NCBI RefSeq assembly: GCF_000341395.1
Contig: NC_020304.1
Coordinates: 2,880,001-2,912,000 of the forward strand
Source of the DNA: Desulfocapsa sulfexigens DSM 10523
GTDB lineage: Bacteria; Desulfobacterota; Desulfobulbia; Desulfobulbales; Desulfocapsaceae
Length of the DNA: 32,000 nucleotides
Direction of reading: 5' to 3'
Positions 1-9,470 of this stretch are shown here, one piece after another; position 1 is the first letter of the stretch; every line of letters starts with the position of its first letter. The notes below the pieces were generated by a model. It was not told the origin of the DNA. It did not search any database and saw only the letters and a list, made by a program, of their open reading frames with translations. The translations under genes were made by a program, and so were the position numbers.

Positions 1-1
1 G

Positions 2-1645
2 AAAGACACAGGTGAAGAGCCTGTTGAAGAAGGTTTTGTACCAGATGAAGATGGCTTTGTTGCTGCATTAAGCGGTATTACTGAAGAAGATACCGAAGAA
101 GATACGAAAGAAGAAGCAACAGTAAGTGATGATACTGAAAATGTTTTAGTTTCTGCTGAAGAAGAGATTCCAGCAGCACTTAGTGACTTTGCTGAAGATG
201 ACTTCCAGCCAGTCCTTGAAGAGCCTGACTTCGCAGTAGAAGAAGAACAGACTGAAGAAGACGATTCTGAACCTGTCTTTACTGCAGTCGAGGAACCGTC
301 TCTTCCTGAAGGAGTGTCAGAAGAGAATGTGGAAGAGCAGCTTTCATTTTTTGACGAAGAAGAATCTGGCAACTCCGAACCTGATGAGCCATCCGTTGTT
401 GAAGACATGCTTCAAGACGAAAATCCTGAAGACCAACTTTCGTTTCTTGATGAAGAAATTCCTGCTCCAGAGTCAACAGAGTCCGCAGATGATATAGATA
501 CGTTTTTTAACGATTACGATGATGACGTTGAGGAGGCATTATCCTACACTGATACAGATACGTCACCGACTCCTGCTCTCAGTTCTGAGCTTGAAGATGT
601 GGACGGAGAAGAGAGTAGAGAGATTGGGGCTTCTTTCTTCGAAGATGCTGATGGACCTGAGAATACCCTTGATGAAGAAAGTCTCTCGTTTTTCGATGAA
701 GAGAAGGAGTCTCTATTTGAAGAAGAACCTGGTGAAGCAATCGTTCTGGAAGAAGGTGATGAAGGTGATGAAATCCAGTTTACCGTTCCTGGAGAAATTG
801 CTGCTGATGATGATTTACAAGATACTGTACTTAAAGATTCATCATTTGATGATATTATTGAATTTAATGTACCAGGAGAAGAAGATTCTTCGGAGGTACT
901 AAATGATAGTATTGAGGATTCTGAGAGCTCTGAAGTTGTTTTTGAAGTGGTCGACGATGATGTGGAAGTCGATCCGCTTCCTGGTGAAGAGTATGCCGAT
1001 GAGTATGAAGATTTGGCAAATTCTGATCAGAAAGAAGATGTTGTGTTCCTTGAAGCCCAGGATGTTGGGTTCTCAGTTGAAGACTTTCAGGATATTAATC
1101 TTTTTATAGGACTTTTAAGGGATGATATTACAGAAGATGGTATTCAAAATGTCTTAACAGAACTTAATAGACTTAGAAATAACAGTGCTTCCACTCCCAC
1201 CATCAAAATATTCCTGCAGTTACTCTCAACGGTCTGTCAAAGTCTTGAGAAAATAACTTCTGCGGATTCCATTGCGGAAAGGCTTGAGTTGATAGAAGAA
1301 ATTTATTCCGGCCTTGAATCATGTGTTACTCCTGAAATCACAATAGAAGCGGTTCAGACGCGGTTACTCGGTTGTACCACTCGGGTATTACTTATGCAGA
1401 ACAATGAGGTGACGCAAACGGAAGCCCTTGTGGTTGAGGATGAAGAGGAAGTGTCCGCTGAAGTTTTAAGCAGTGTAAGTGATTCAATGGTTGATGACTC
1501 TGTCGATGATGAGGAAATATTCCCCGATGAATCTACTGAAAGAGATGATCAGCTGAGAGAGTATGTCCATGAGGAGTTAGCTGACATTAAAAAACTTTTT
1601 ATCGATGAAATTGCAGCACTTAGGAAAGAATTTATTGATAAGTAA
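2..1645 (+). CDS. Hyper-acidic protein, 5' end outside the window (D/E-rich low-complexity region followed by a ~170-aa helical C-terminal domain); no family recognised
   Basis: Frame 2 is open from base 2 (KDTGEEPVEEGFVPDEDG...), so the tracked start at 314 (a GTG) is internal. Stop TAA 1643-1645. Three in-frame copies of LSF(F/L)DEE. An intrinsic terminator follows. Confidence 0.7.
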   Translation, partial: KDTGEEPVEEGFVPDEDGFVAALSGITEEDTEEDTKEEATVSDDTENVLVSAEEEIPAALSDFAEDDFQPVLEEPDFAVEEEQTEEDDSEPVFTAVEEPSLPEGVSEENVEEQLSFFDEEESGNSEPDEPSVVEDMLQDENPEDQLSFLDEEIPAPESTESADDIDTFFNDYDDDVEEALSYTDTDTSPTPALSSELEDVDGEESREIGASFFEDADGPENTLDEESLSFFDEEKESLFEEEPGEAIVLEEGDEGDEIQFTVPGEIAADDDLQDTVLKDSSFDDIIEFNVPGEEDSSEVLNDSIEDSESSEVVFEVVDDDVEVDPLPGEEYADEYEDLANSDQKEDVVFLEAQDVGFSVEDFQDINLFIGLLRDDITEDGIQNVLTELNRLRNNSASTPTIKIFLQLLSTVCQSLEKITSADSIAERLELIEEIYSGLESCVTPEITIEAVQTRLLGCTTRVLLMQNNEVTQTEALVVEDEEEVSAEVLSSVSDSMVDDSVDDEEIFPDESTERDDQLREYVHEELADIKKLFIDEIAALRKEFIDK

Positions 1646-1671
1646 TTAGCGAATTTATAACAGATAAAGAA

Positions 1672-1703
1672 GACCTGCTCCGATGGAGCGGGTTCTTTTT
1701 TTT
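1672..1703 (+). terminator. Rho-independent terminator after the acidic-protein gene
   Basis: ACCTGCTCC (1673-1681) pairs with GGAGCGGGT (1685-1693): 9-bp stem with one G-U, 3-nt loop, then a T8 run at 1696-1703, 27 nt after the stop codon. Confidence 0.8.
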
Positions 1704-1825
1704 GTTTTTATCGTCTATTTTCCACGAGAATTTTATAAAAACACCATGATCCTGGTGAATTATCGTTTTTTTCATACATTAATAGCGTAAGCTATCTGTT
1801 TACAAAATGATATTGAGAGATTTGA

Positions 1826-2662
1826 TTAGCGGTTCAGTCCTATAACGGACAGGATTGCATAGAAAAAGAGCCAGCTGAGAACAAAGAGAAGGAGAAGAGT
1901 GAATTTACTGTTTTTCTTTTGTAGATACGCAATGGCAAAAAGTAGGGACGCAGGGAAGATCACTCCAGCGAGTAATGGTGGCAGGTAACGTAGGAGTTCC
2001 TGTAAACCAAGAAAAAACCACGGGCCATTGATGTGGGTCACTCCAAGGTGGTCAGGTTCAAAGGGTGCAGTCACAAAAACAGAAAAAATGAAAATGGAGA
2101 TGGACAATATGATATGACGGTTAAATGGGACTCTGTATTTTTTCACATGACTCCAGGCAAGCCATCCCCAGAGAAGACCAAATCCAATGATATGGTTAAG
2201 ATAGATCCTTTTCATTCCACTGTCTGAGATGGAAAAAAGGAGATTGTTTATTGTTGATCCAATAAAAGGGATATCAAGAAGTATTGCTTCTGCGATCATT
2301 CCTGCTGAAAATCCTGTGGCATCGCCGCGGAGAACATAGCCGGTGAAGAGAATAAGGAGGGCTACTGGAAGTGTTGCTGTGAGCATCACCCACTGTTTGT
2401 CTGAATAACTTTGAGCCTGAGAAAAAATTCCAATTAGGTGGCAGATGCTGAATAGAAAAAAGAGCTGACTGGAATAGAAATGGAGAGAACGGAAATATCC
2501 TCCAAATGGTACAAGCATATCGAGGGTTGTAACAGAATACAGTGGGGTGGCGGGATCATACTGGAGACCAACAATTATACCTGAGAGAACGGAAATGTAC
2601 AGCGAGAGAAGTGAGAATTCACCCCAACGTATATCTTCAAATGTTTTTCTGATCAGTTTCAC
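1826..2662 (-). CDS. Cytochrome b (b6-like, fused with a subunit-IV-like C-terminal part) of a Rieske/cytochrome b complex
   Basis: 278-aa polytopic membrane ORF. His pairs are spaced as in dihaem cytochrome b: SLHFYSSQLFFLFSICH (H-x13-H) and NHIIGFGLLWGWLAWSH (H-x14-H). GPWFFLGLQELLR sits where the PEWY Qo-site segment is expected. The gene lies 19 nt downstream of a Rieske gene. Confidence 0.85.
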   Translation of the reverse strand: MKLIRKTFEDIRWGEFSLLSLYISVLSGIIVGLQYDPATPLYSVTTLDMLVPFGGYFRSLHFYSSQLFFLFSICHLIGIFSQAQSYSDKQWVMLTATLPVALLILFTGYVLRGDATGFSAGMIAEAILLDIPFIGSTINNLLFSISDSGMKRIYLNHIIGFGLLWGWLAWSHVKKYRVPFNRHIILSISIFIFSVFVTAPFEPDHLGVTHINGPWFFLGLQELLRYLPPLLAGVIFPASLLFAIAYLQKKNSKFTLLLLFVLSWLFFYAILSVIGLNR

Positions 2663-2681
2663 AGGCTAACTCTTGAATCGG

Positions 2682-3089
2682 TCAAATAATGACAATGTAT
2701 CCACCATTGTCCTTTAGTCTCTCAACTTTATAGCGAGGCAAAGGCTTTTTTGCAGGGCCATGGAGTACCAGGCCTTCTTTGGAAAATCGGCTTTGGTGGC
2801 AGGGACATTCGAGAAGGTTGTCCTTTTCGTGGAAATTGACAGTACACCCTAGATGCGTGCATTTTCTTGAAAGCGCCCATGCGTCTGTACCAGTGTCAAA
2901 AAGCACAAAGTCGGGGCCAAGGTGAAAGCCACCTGCTGGCAGGGGGGAGGCAATTTCAACAATTCGCGGTTTACGGGGAATTGAATAGCCAATGAAACGG
3001 ACAATAGGGTAGAGGGCTGCAATGCTTGCGCAAAGAAGAAGGAATCTGCGTTTGGTCGTCAAGTGTTTTTGGGGGGCAGGACATGTCAT
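2682..3089 (-). CDS. Rieske [2Fe-2S] protein with twin-arginine signal
   Basis: Rieske boxes CTHLGC and CPCHQS. Tat-like TTKRRFLLLCASIAA. Start set at ATG 3089 (M39 of the tracked ORF) because the 3203 start would overlap coaD by 80 nt. Starts at 3158 or 3203 are not excluded, and no clear SD is present. Confidence 0.85.
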   Translation of the reverse strand: MTCPAPQKHLTTKRRFLLLCASIAALYPIVRFIGYSIPRKPRIVEIASPLPAGGFHLGPDFVLFDTGTDAWALSRKCTHLGCTVNFHEKDNLLECPCHQSRFSKEGLVLHGPAKKPLPRYKVERLKDNGGYIVII

Positions 3090-3123
3090 AGAATGTTCAG
3101 GATGGAAAGAAAACCAGCCACAG

Positions 3124-3645
3124 TCAGGTAAATGCGGCGAGAAGTCGCTGGTTGACATGTTCTGGAACAAGTTCGCAGACATCTCCTCCATGTCTTGCTG
3201 CATCTTTGATAATAGAAGAACTTATATAAATCCATCTGAAACCCGGCATTAGAAAGATAGTATCCACTTCACGCTCGAGCTTTCTATTCATAAGTGCCAG
3301 CTGAAATTCATAATCGAAGTCTGAAACAGCACGTAGACCACGGATAATAGCATTGGCACCTTTATCTGCGGCATATTTCACCAGCAGTCCGGAAACCGTA
3401 TCAACTTCAATTCGAGAATAATCTTTGGGAAAACATTGTCGTGCCATCTCTGTTCTCTCTTCAAGTGAAAAGAGAGGTTTTTTGCCAGGGTTAATAGCTA
3501 TGGCAATAATAACTTTATCAAAGAGGTTCAGAGCCCGGTCAATAATGTCAAGGTGGCCCATGGTTATGGGGTCAAATGTTCCAGGGTATATAGCGAGGCT
3601 TTTCCGCTGATGGTCTGAGTTGTCATGAGGCATCATATTTTTCAC
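3124..3645 (-). CDS. coaD: Phosphopantetheine adenylyltransferase
   Basis: AIYPGTFDPITMGHLDII nucleotidyltransferase motif and full-length CoaD-like sequence. The tracked start is a GTG; ATGs at 3636 and 3633 are alternatives. Confidence 0.92.
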   Translation of the reverse strand: MKNMMPHDNSDHQRKSLAIYPGTFDPITMGHLDIIDRALNLFDKVIIAIAINPGKKPLFSLEERTEMARQCFPKDYSRIEVDTVSGLLVKYAADKGANAIIRGLRAVSDFDYEFQLALMNRKLEREVDTIFLMPGFRWIYISSSIIKDAARHGGDVCELVPEHVNQRLLAAFT

Positions 3646-3660
3646 GTGTTGCCTGGGGTT

Positions 3661-4251
3661 TTATAAGGACGGTGTGATAGTGTAAAACCAGAATCCGGTA
3701 TCACCGTAGCGCCGCGTGTCAAAAAGCGTTAAACGGGTGAATGACTTAGGTAATGTTACACTGCTCCTGTCTTCTGCTATAACCAGTGTGTTTGTTGCGA
3801 TTAGCTTACTACTGTCGATATCTTTCAAACTTTTTTCGGCAAGGCCTTTATTGTAGGGGGGATCAAGAAAAATAAGATCAAAGGTTCTTACTGTAAAAGC
3901 GTTGTCAATGGTGAAATTCAGTCCTCTATTAAGGTCATGTTTGACTATGATCGCTCTTTTTTCTGATCCTGGCTCCATGCTTTGCAAACACACTTCACAG
4001 TTTTTTCTGGTAAGTTCCAAGGCATTGTGATGTTTGTCTACAAATACTACCTGTGTAGCACCTCGACTAAGAGATTCTATGCCTAAGGCACCAGTCCCGG
4101 AGTATAAATCGAGGACACGGGCTGACAATATACGGTTTCCGATAATGCTGAACAAAGCTTCACGGGCACGATCAGCAGTTGGTCTGATAAGGTTGGAATC
4201 ACCCGGAGTGAATAGTTTTCGCCCCCGGGCATGTCCACTGATGATTCGCAA
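3661..4251 (-). CDS. rsmD: 16S rRNA (guanine966-N2)-methyltransferase RsmD
   Basis: N-terminal RIISGHARGRKL, SAM-binding VLDLYSGTGALGIE and the DPPY motif. TTG start directly abuts the asd stop codon. Confidence 0.88.
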   Translation of the reverse strand: MRIISGHARGRKLFTPGDSNLIRPTADRAREALFSIIGNRILSARVLDLYSGTGALGIESLSRGATQVVFVDKHHNALELTRKNCEVCLQSMEPGSEKRAIIVKHDLNRGLNFTIDNAFTVRTFDLIFLDPPYNKGLAEKSLKDIDSSKLIATNTLVIAEDRSSVTLPKSFTRLTLFDTRRYGDTGFWFYTITPSL

Positions 4252-5280
4252 TTACTTATATTGAGCAACAAAGGATTCGGCAATTTGAACAGCATTCAAG
4301 GCAGCACCTTTTAGGATATTGTCAGACACAACCCATAGATTTATTCCATTATCAATGGATTCATCTTCTCGAATTCGACCAACCAGAGTCTCAAAATTTC
4401 CAGCGCAATCTATTGCCATCGGGTACTTCAAATTGGCGGGATCGTCTACAAGTTTGACCCCTGGAGCATTTGCAAGGAGTTCTTTTACTTCTGCCACAGT
4501 AATTTTTGACTTTGTTTCAATATTTACAGCTTCAGAGTGACCATAAAAAACGGGAACACGAACCGCAGTTGCAGTGATCCCAATGGTATTATCTTCAAAA
4601 ATTTTCCGGGTTTCGTTTACCATCTTCATCTCTTCCTTGGTGTAGCCGTTTTCAAGAAAAGAATCAATATGGGGTAAACAATTGAACGCGATTTGGTGTG
4701 GGTATACAGAGGCTTTCATCTCTTTGGTTTCCGCATAGGCCTTCACCTGACTGTCAAGCTCTTCTATTGCTTTTGCTCCGGTTCCGGATACGGCCTGATA
4801 TGTCGAAATAACGAGACGTTTTATCCCAACCTTATCAAGGATAGGTTTCAGGGCAACCAGCATTTGAATGGTTGAACAGTTGGGATTGGCAATAATTCCG
4901 TGTTTGCTGTGCGCTGCAATGGCGTGGGAATTAACTTCTGGTACTACAAGGGGAATTTCAGGATCCATGCGATAGGCGCTGGAGTTGTCAATCACTACGG
5001 CACCTGCAGCAGCAGCAGCGGGTGCAAAATCAAGAGATCTTTGAGCTCCAGCAGAAAAAAGTGCGATATCAATTCCCTCAAAGGCATCTTTGCTGAGCAG
5101 TTGTACTTCAAGCTCCTGTCCTCTGAAGTTGATCTTTTTTCCTACTGAACGCTCCGAGGCCAGAAGGCGTAATTCATTAATGGGGAAGTTACGTCTTTGA
5201 AGGACATCAAGCATAGCCCCACCAACGGCACCGGTTGCACCAGCAATGGCTACATTGAATTTTTGTGAATTTTCGCTCAT
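4252..5280 (-). CDS. asd: Aspartate-semialdehyde dehydrogenase
   Basis: 342 aa. Rossmann motif VAIAGATGAVGG and active-site segment GIIANPNCSTIQM. Confidence 0.95.
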   Translation of the reverse strand: MSENSQKFNVAIAGATGAVGGAMLDVLQRRNFPINELRLLASERSVGKKINFRGQELEVQLLSKDAFEGIDIALFSAGAQRSLDFAPAAAAAGAVVIDNSSAYRMDPEIPLVVPEVNSHAIAAHSKHGIIANPNCSTIQMLVALKPILDKVGIKRLVISTYQAVSGTGAKAIEELDSQVKAYAETKEMKASVYPHQIAFNCLPHIDSFLENGYTKEEMKMVNETRKIFEDNTIGITATAVRVPVFYGHSEAVNIETKSKITVAEVKELLANAPGVKLVDDPANLKYPMAIDCAGNFETLVGRIREDESIDNGINLWVVSDNILKGAALNAVQIAESFVAQYK

Positions 5281-5526
5281 AATAAAACCCTATTTAGCAA
5301 AGTTATTAGTGAAATTATTCGGAATTTTGTGTTTTTTTTTGTAACGTGCTTCCATCAGTTTTCCAAGATTGACAATGGCGGTTGATGGAAAAATGATAAC
5401 GGAAGAAAACTCTAACAAATATTGTAATAGTCAGCAATATACATTGTATTAAAGCCCGCAATTAACAATAAGAAAGCTCAGAGGTACCTATTACCAGGAG
5501 TACTTGTGATCCTGGGAATAAAAGAA

Positions 5527-6285
5527 TCAGGGGTTTGGTTTATTAACCGGAGTTGTTGGTTTCTTCACAGATCTGACCTTCTTGATCAATCCAAAAACAG
5601 GACCTGACGCTAGGTAGACAAGGAAAAGAGCAAAGAGCATGATTTGGGGCTCAGCGGCAACCAGGATCAGGAGAAGTAAAAAACCAACGAGTACCTGGAA
5701 ACGATTAATTTTAAAAGGAGGCAATTCCTTAAAGCTATAGTATGTGTGAGTTGAAACCATCAGGTAGGACAGGATGTAAACAAGCAGGAGCAGAGAGATA
5801 TGCTTGACTTCTCCGGTAATACCAAGAAAATGGCTAAAGAGAACGGCAGCAGATACCATGGCAGCAGCTGCCGGACAGGGAAGTCCAACAAAGTTTTTAG
5901 ATTCTGAATTTGAATCCTGAACATTGAACCTGGCAAGCCGAAGAGATGTCATTGCTACATATAAAAATGCTGCAAGCCAGCCGTATCGTCCATATGGGTG
6001 GAGGGCCCAAAGATAGGCGAGCACCCCAGGTGAAACACCAAATGAGACCATATCACACAATGAATCAAGTTCTGCTCCAAATTGGCTTGTACACTGAGTC
6101 AAGCGAGCCACTCTTCCATCCAGGGCATCAAAAATAGCTGCAACAAGAATGGCAATTGCGGCTGTCTTAAAGTCAGAATTGATAGCAGAAACGATGGAAT
6201 AAAAACCGCAGAACAAACTTGCCAGAGTAAACATACAGGGCAGCGGATAAAAGCGGTTGTCTGTATCCTGTGAGTTGTTAGTCAT
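5527..6285 (-). CDS. pssA: CDP-diacylglycerol--serine O-phosphatidyltransferase
   Basis: CDP-alcohol phosphatidyltransferase motif DALDGRVARLTQCTSQFGAELDSLCD in a multi-TM protein. Adjacent to psd. Confidence 0.9.
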   Translation of the reverse strand: MTNNSQDTDNRFYPLPCMFTLASLFCGFYSIVSAINSDFKTAAIAILVAAIFDALDGRVARLTQCTSQFGAELDSLCDMVSFGVSPGVLAYLWALHPYGRYGWLAAFLYVAMTSLRLARFNVQDSNSESKNFVGLPCPAAAAMVSAAVLFSHFLGITGEVKHISLLLLVYILSYLMVSTHTYYSFKELPPFKINRFQVLVGFLLLLILVAAEPQIMLFALFLVYLASGPVFGLIKKVRSVKKPTTPVNKPNP

Positions 6286-6322
6286 ATGCGATATGCCCTA
6301 TGGGAAAAGGAAACAGAGTCGT

Positions 6323-6967
6323 TTAAGAGAAGGACGCGATGGCAGTTTCACCGGCGCGTACTTTCTGTCCTAACTTCACGTGAATAGTGCTGGTTGTTGG
6401 GAGATAGAGGTCCACCCGGGAGCCAAAACGAATGAGACCAAAACGTTTGCCACGTTGCACAGCATCCCCCACCTCAAGCCAGTTGACGATTCTTCTGGCA
6501 ATAAGACCAGCAACCTGGACAAAGGCTATCCGCCCACTTGCTGAAGTACTGATAATCACACCGCAACGTTCATTAAGGAGCGCACCTTTTTCACTATCAG
6601 CAGAATAAAATTGGCCAGGCTTATAGATGATTTTTTCAACGGTGCCGTCTATGGGGATGCGATTAACATGTACATTGAAGACATTCATGAAAATGGAAAT
6701 TTTAATAACCTTATCCTGTAAGTAGATGTCATCTGACTGTTCTTCAATAAGGATAATTTTACCATCAGCGGGCGATATAAGTTTGTCATATTCTGCATCG
6801 GTCATTCGTTCAGGGTCACGAAAGAAAGCGACGACAAAGGTAGTAACCGCAAGAGCCGGCCAGGCGAGGAACTCATACCCGAGGATGGCGGTAATAAGCG
6901 TCACAAAGGCGGCAAAAGCGATAAAGGGGTAGCCTTCACGGGCAAGTGGAATCCTTGGATGAGTCAT
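6323..6967 (-). CDS. psd: Phosphatidylserine decarboxylase (short, ~215-aa type)
   Basis: Two N-terminal TM segments, a Psd-like core, and C-terminal RFGSRVD at the position of the self-cleavage G-S motif. Paired with pssA. Confidence 0.88.
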   Translation of the reverse strand: MTHPRIPLAREGYPFIAFAAFVTLITAILGYEFLAWPALAVTTFVVAFFRDPERMTDAEYDKLISPADGKIILIEEQSDDIYLQDKVIKISIFMNVFNVHVNRIPIDGTVEKIIYKPGQFYSADSEKGALLNERCGVIISTSASGRIAFVQVAGLIARRIVNWLEVGDAVQRGKRFGLIRFGSRVDLYLPTTSTIHVKLGQKVRAGETAIASFS

Positions 6968-7098
6968 ATACAGTTTGTTTTGTAAGTGGGTGGACTGATA
7001 ACAGCAAAAGCAGATAACGATAGTTCGAGATCTGCTTTCAGCTTGTATATCCTTGCATATTTATTCAAGGTATGGTGGGAGTCCCTTGAATGATATGA

Positions 7099-7578
7099 TT
7101 ATTTCGGCGCCCGTGCCATGGCAATGGTTCCGGTACGAACGATTTCCTTGATCCCGATAGGACGAAGGATATCTATTATAGCCTGAATTTTCGTGGCTGA
7201 TCCTGTTACTTCAACAGCGTATGCCTTGGGACTGACATCGACAACTTTTCCACGAAAAATATCTATAACGCGAAGAACTTCAGCGCGAGTGGTGTTTTCA
7301 GCTTTTACCCTGATTAACGCCATCTCCCTTTCAACATATTCGCTTTCGCTGATATCGGTAACCTTGATAACGTCAATAAGCTTGTGCAGCTGTTTTGTGA
7401 TCTGTTCTACAATAGCATCGCTGCCATTTGTTACCAGGGTGAGGCATGAGAGAGAGGAATCCAGTGTTTCGGCAACAGAGAGACTCTCAATGTTAAAGCC
7501 GCGGCCACTGAACAATCCTGTGACCCGAGAAAGGACTCCAGGTTTATTTTGAAGAAGAACTGAAAGTGTATGTTTCAT
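7099..7578 (-). CDS. ilvN: Acetolactate synthase small (regulatory) subunit
   Basis: ACT domain HTLSVLLQNKPGVLSRVTGLFSGRGFNIESLSV. Start set at ATG 7578, which is preceded by AGGA with ~7-nt spacing. The tracked 7647 start has no SD and adds 23 atypical residues. Confidence 0.9.
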   Translation of the reverse strand: MKHTLSVLLQNKPGVLSRVTGLFSGRGFNIESLSVAETLDSSLSCLTLVTNGSDAIVEQITKQLHKLIDVIKVTDISESEYVEREMALIRVKAENTTRAEVLRVIDIFRGKVVDVSPKAYAVEVTGSATKIQAIIDILRPIGIKEIVRTGTIAMARAPK

Positions 7579-7678
7579 CGGTTTATCCTGTGAATATAGA
7601 AAATCTAGTTGTTCATAAGGTGCCTGAGGGTAGGCACCTTTAACCATTTTACTTTAGTGTTGCTATGGACAAAAAGTA

Positions 7679-9382
7679 TCAGACAAGAAGCATCTCAGTG
7701 GTAGCTTTACCAGCAGGCACCATTGGGAATACACCTTCTTCCCGGGAAATACGGAAATCCAGGATAACGGTATTTTTCTTTACTGCTTCCAGGGCCTGTT
7801 TTATGGTCGCTTCTACTTCACTGGTTTTGTCACATCGAATACCCACAGCACCGTATGCTTCAGCAAGGAGAACGAAGTCGGGAGTGACTTCCATAACAGT
7901 TGCAGCGTAGCGTTTGTCGTAGAAGAGTTCCTGCCACTGACGAACCATACCAAGGTAGTTGTTGTTTAATATGCAAACAATGACAGGGCAGTTGTACTGT
8001 TTTGCTGTTGCCAGTTCCTGGATGTTCATCTGGATGGAGCCATCACCGGCCACATCAATGACGGTGGCATCTGGGAATGCCATCTTGGCGCCAATGGCAG
8101 CAGGAAGACCGTACCCCATGGTTCCTAAACCACCAGAGGTGACCAGGCGTCTTGGTTTGTTAAATTTATAAAACTGGGCTGCCCACATCTGATTCTGGCC
8201 AACCTCTGTTGTGATGATGGCATCGCCACCGGTCAGTTCGTCGAGTTTTTCAATAACGAACTGTGGTTTAATCACTTCCCCCTCATCGAGGTATGCCATG
8301 GGGTGTTTCTTTGTCCATTCTGCGATTATTTCGATCCATGGGGTGTGGGAGGCCGCTGCCTCTTCAATGTTGGCACCGGAAGAGTCAAGCCAGCTGTTCA
8401 TAGCAGTGAGTGCATGCTTACAGTCAGCAACGATTGGAATGTCAACGGTAACATTTTTACTGATGGACGTAGGGTCGATATCTATGTGGATGATTTTGGC
8501 GTGTGGTGCAAAGGCGTCAATCCGGCCGGTAACACGGTCATCAAAACGAGCACCAACTGCGATAAGGACATCACTTTTGGCAACAGCCATATTCGCAGTA
8601 TAGCTTCCGTGCATGCCAAGCATTCCCATGGAGAGAGGGTCTTTTCCAGGGAAACCACCGAGGCCCATAAGGGTCATGGTAACGGGAATATTCAGTTTTC
8701 TGGCCAGCTCTGTGACTTCTTCATTACTGTTGGAAAGGATGACTCCACCGCCAATGTAGAGAACGGGCTGTTTGGCCTTCAGGATGGTTTTGCATGCTTT
8801 TTCCACCTGTCCCATATGGGGTTCATAGGTGGGCTGGTAATTCTGCATGCGGATGGGTTTCTTTTCCGTGAACTCAACCATGGAAGCAACCACATCTTTT
8901 GGCAGGTCAATAAGGACAGGACCGGGACGACCGGTACGGGCTATGTGAAAGGCCTCGCGTAGGGTCGGAACCAGATCTTCAGCTTTGCTCACCAGATAAT
9001 TGTGTTTGGTGCAGGGCCGGGTAATACCTACGATATCAACTTCCTGAAAAGCATCGTTACCAATAAGAGGTGTGGGGACCTGACCAGTAAGGATAACCAT
9101 CGGAATGGAATCCATATAAGCAGTGGCGATGGCAGTAACACCATTTGTGGCGCCGGGACCAGAAGTAAGAAGCGCAACCCCAACCTCTCCAGTTACTCGG
9201 GCAAGTCCATCTGCTGCATGAACAGCTCCCTGCTCATGACGGACAAGGACGTGCTGAATTTCGGAATCCAGAAGCGTATCATAGAGGTCGATAACTGCAC
9301 CGCCAGGAAAACCAAAGATTGTTTTAACCCCCTCTTCAAGGAGGCACTGTATGATAGCTTCAGAGCCTGTTATTTTTTCCAT
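7679..9382 (-). CDS. ilvB: Acetolactate synthase large (catalytic) subunit
   Basis: 567 aa. ThDP motif GDGSIQMNIQEL, plus GLGTMGYGLPAAIGA. Immediately upstream of ilvN. Confidence 0.95.
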   Translation of the reverse strand: MEKITGSEAIIQCLLEEGVKTIFGFPGGAVIDLYDTLLDSEIQHVLVRHEQGAVHAADGLARVTGEVGVALLTSGPGATNGVTAIATAYMDSIPMVILTGQVPTPLIGNDAFQEVDIVGITRPCTKHNYLVSKAEDLVPTLREAFHIARTGRPGPVLIDLPKDVVASMVEFTEKKPIRMQNYQPTYEPHMGQVEKACKTILKAKQPVLYIGGGVILSNSNEEVTELARKLNIPVTMTLMGLGGFPGKDPLSMGMLGMHGSYTANMAVAKSDVLIAVGARFDDRVTGRIDAFAPHAKIIHIDIDPTSISKNVTVDIPIVADCKHALTAMNSWLDSSGANIEEAAASHTPWIEIIAEWTKKHPMAYLDEGEVIKPQFVIEKLDELTGGDAIITTEVGQNQMWAAQFYKFNKPRRLVTSGGLGTMGYGLPAAIGAKMAFPDATVIDVAGDGSIQMNIQELATAKQYNCPVIVCILNNNYLGMVRQWQELFYDKRYAATVMEVTPDFVLLAEAYGAVGIRCDKTSEVEATIKQALEAVKKNTVILDFRISREEGVFPMVPAGKATTEMLLV

Positions 9383-9470
9383 GAACCTTCTTCCTCTTGT
9401 ATGTATGTTAAGGTTTTATTAGAAAGGTTGTCAGTAAATAGATACGACATTAATTTGCATAAGAGGATGA

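Noticed and set aside
519-1109. Alternative-frame ORFs (519-902, 903-1109) inside the acidic-protein gene
   Set aside because: Their K/M/L-rich translations are what GAA/GAT-rich DNA gives when read out of frame. The acidic frame is continuous from the window edge and ends at a terminator.
3090-3203. Long N-terminal extension of the Rieske ORF (starts at 3203 or 3158)
   Set aside because: It would overlap the coaD 3' end by 35-80 nt and put 38 residues ahead of an otherwise normal Tat signal. The internal ATG 3089 gives a standard n-region plus RR motif. It is not fully excluded because no SD is evident for any start.
7007-7038. Inverted repeat AAAGCAGAT / ATCTGCTTT between ilvN and psd as a terminator
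   Set aside because: The loop is 14 nt and the minus-sense tail (UGCUGUUAUC) is only weakly U-rich. The genes may simply be co-transcribed, so I left it uncalled.
9426-9455. 9-codon mini-ORF (MQINVVSIY, minus strand) in the ilvB 5' leader as a possible Ile/Val attenuator
   Set aside because: There is no SD, only four branched-chain codons, and no terminator hairpin with a U-tract between it and ilvB. This is insufficient for an attenuator call.
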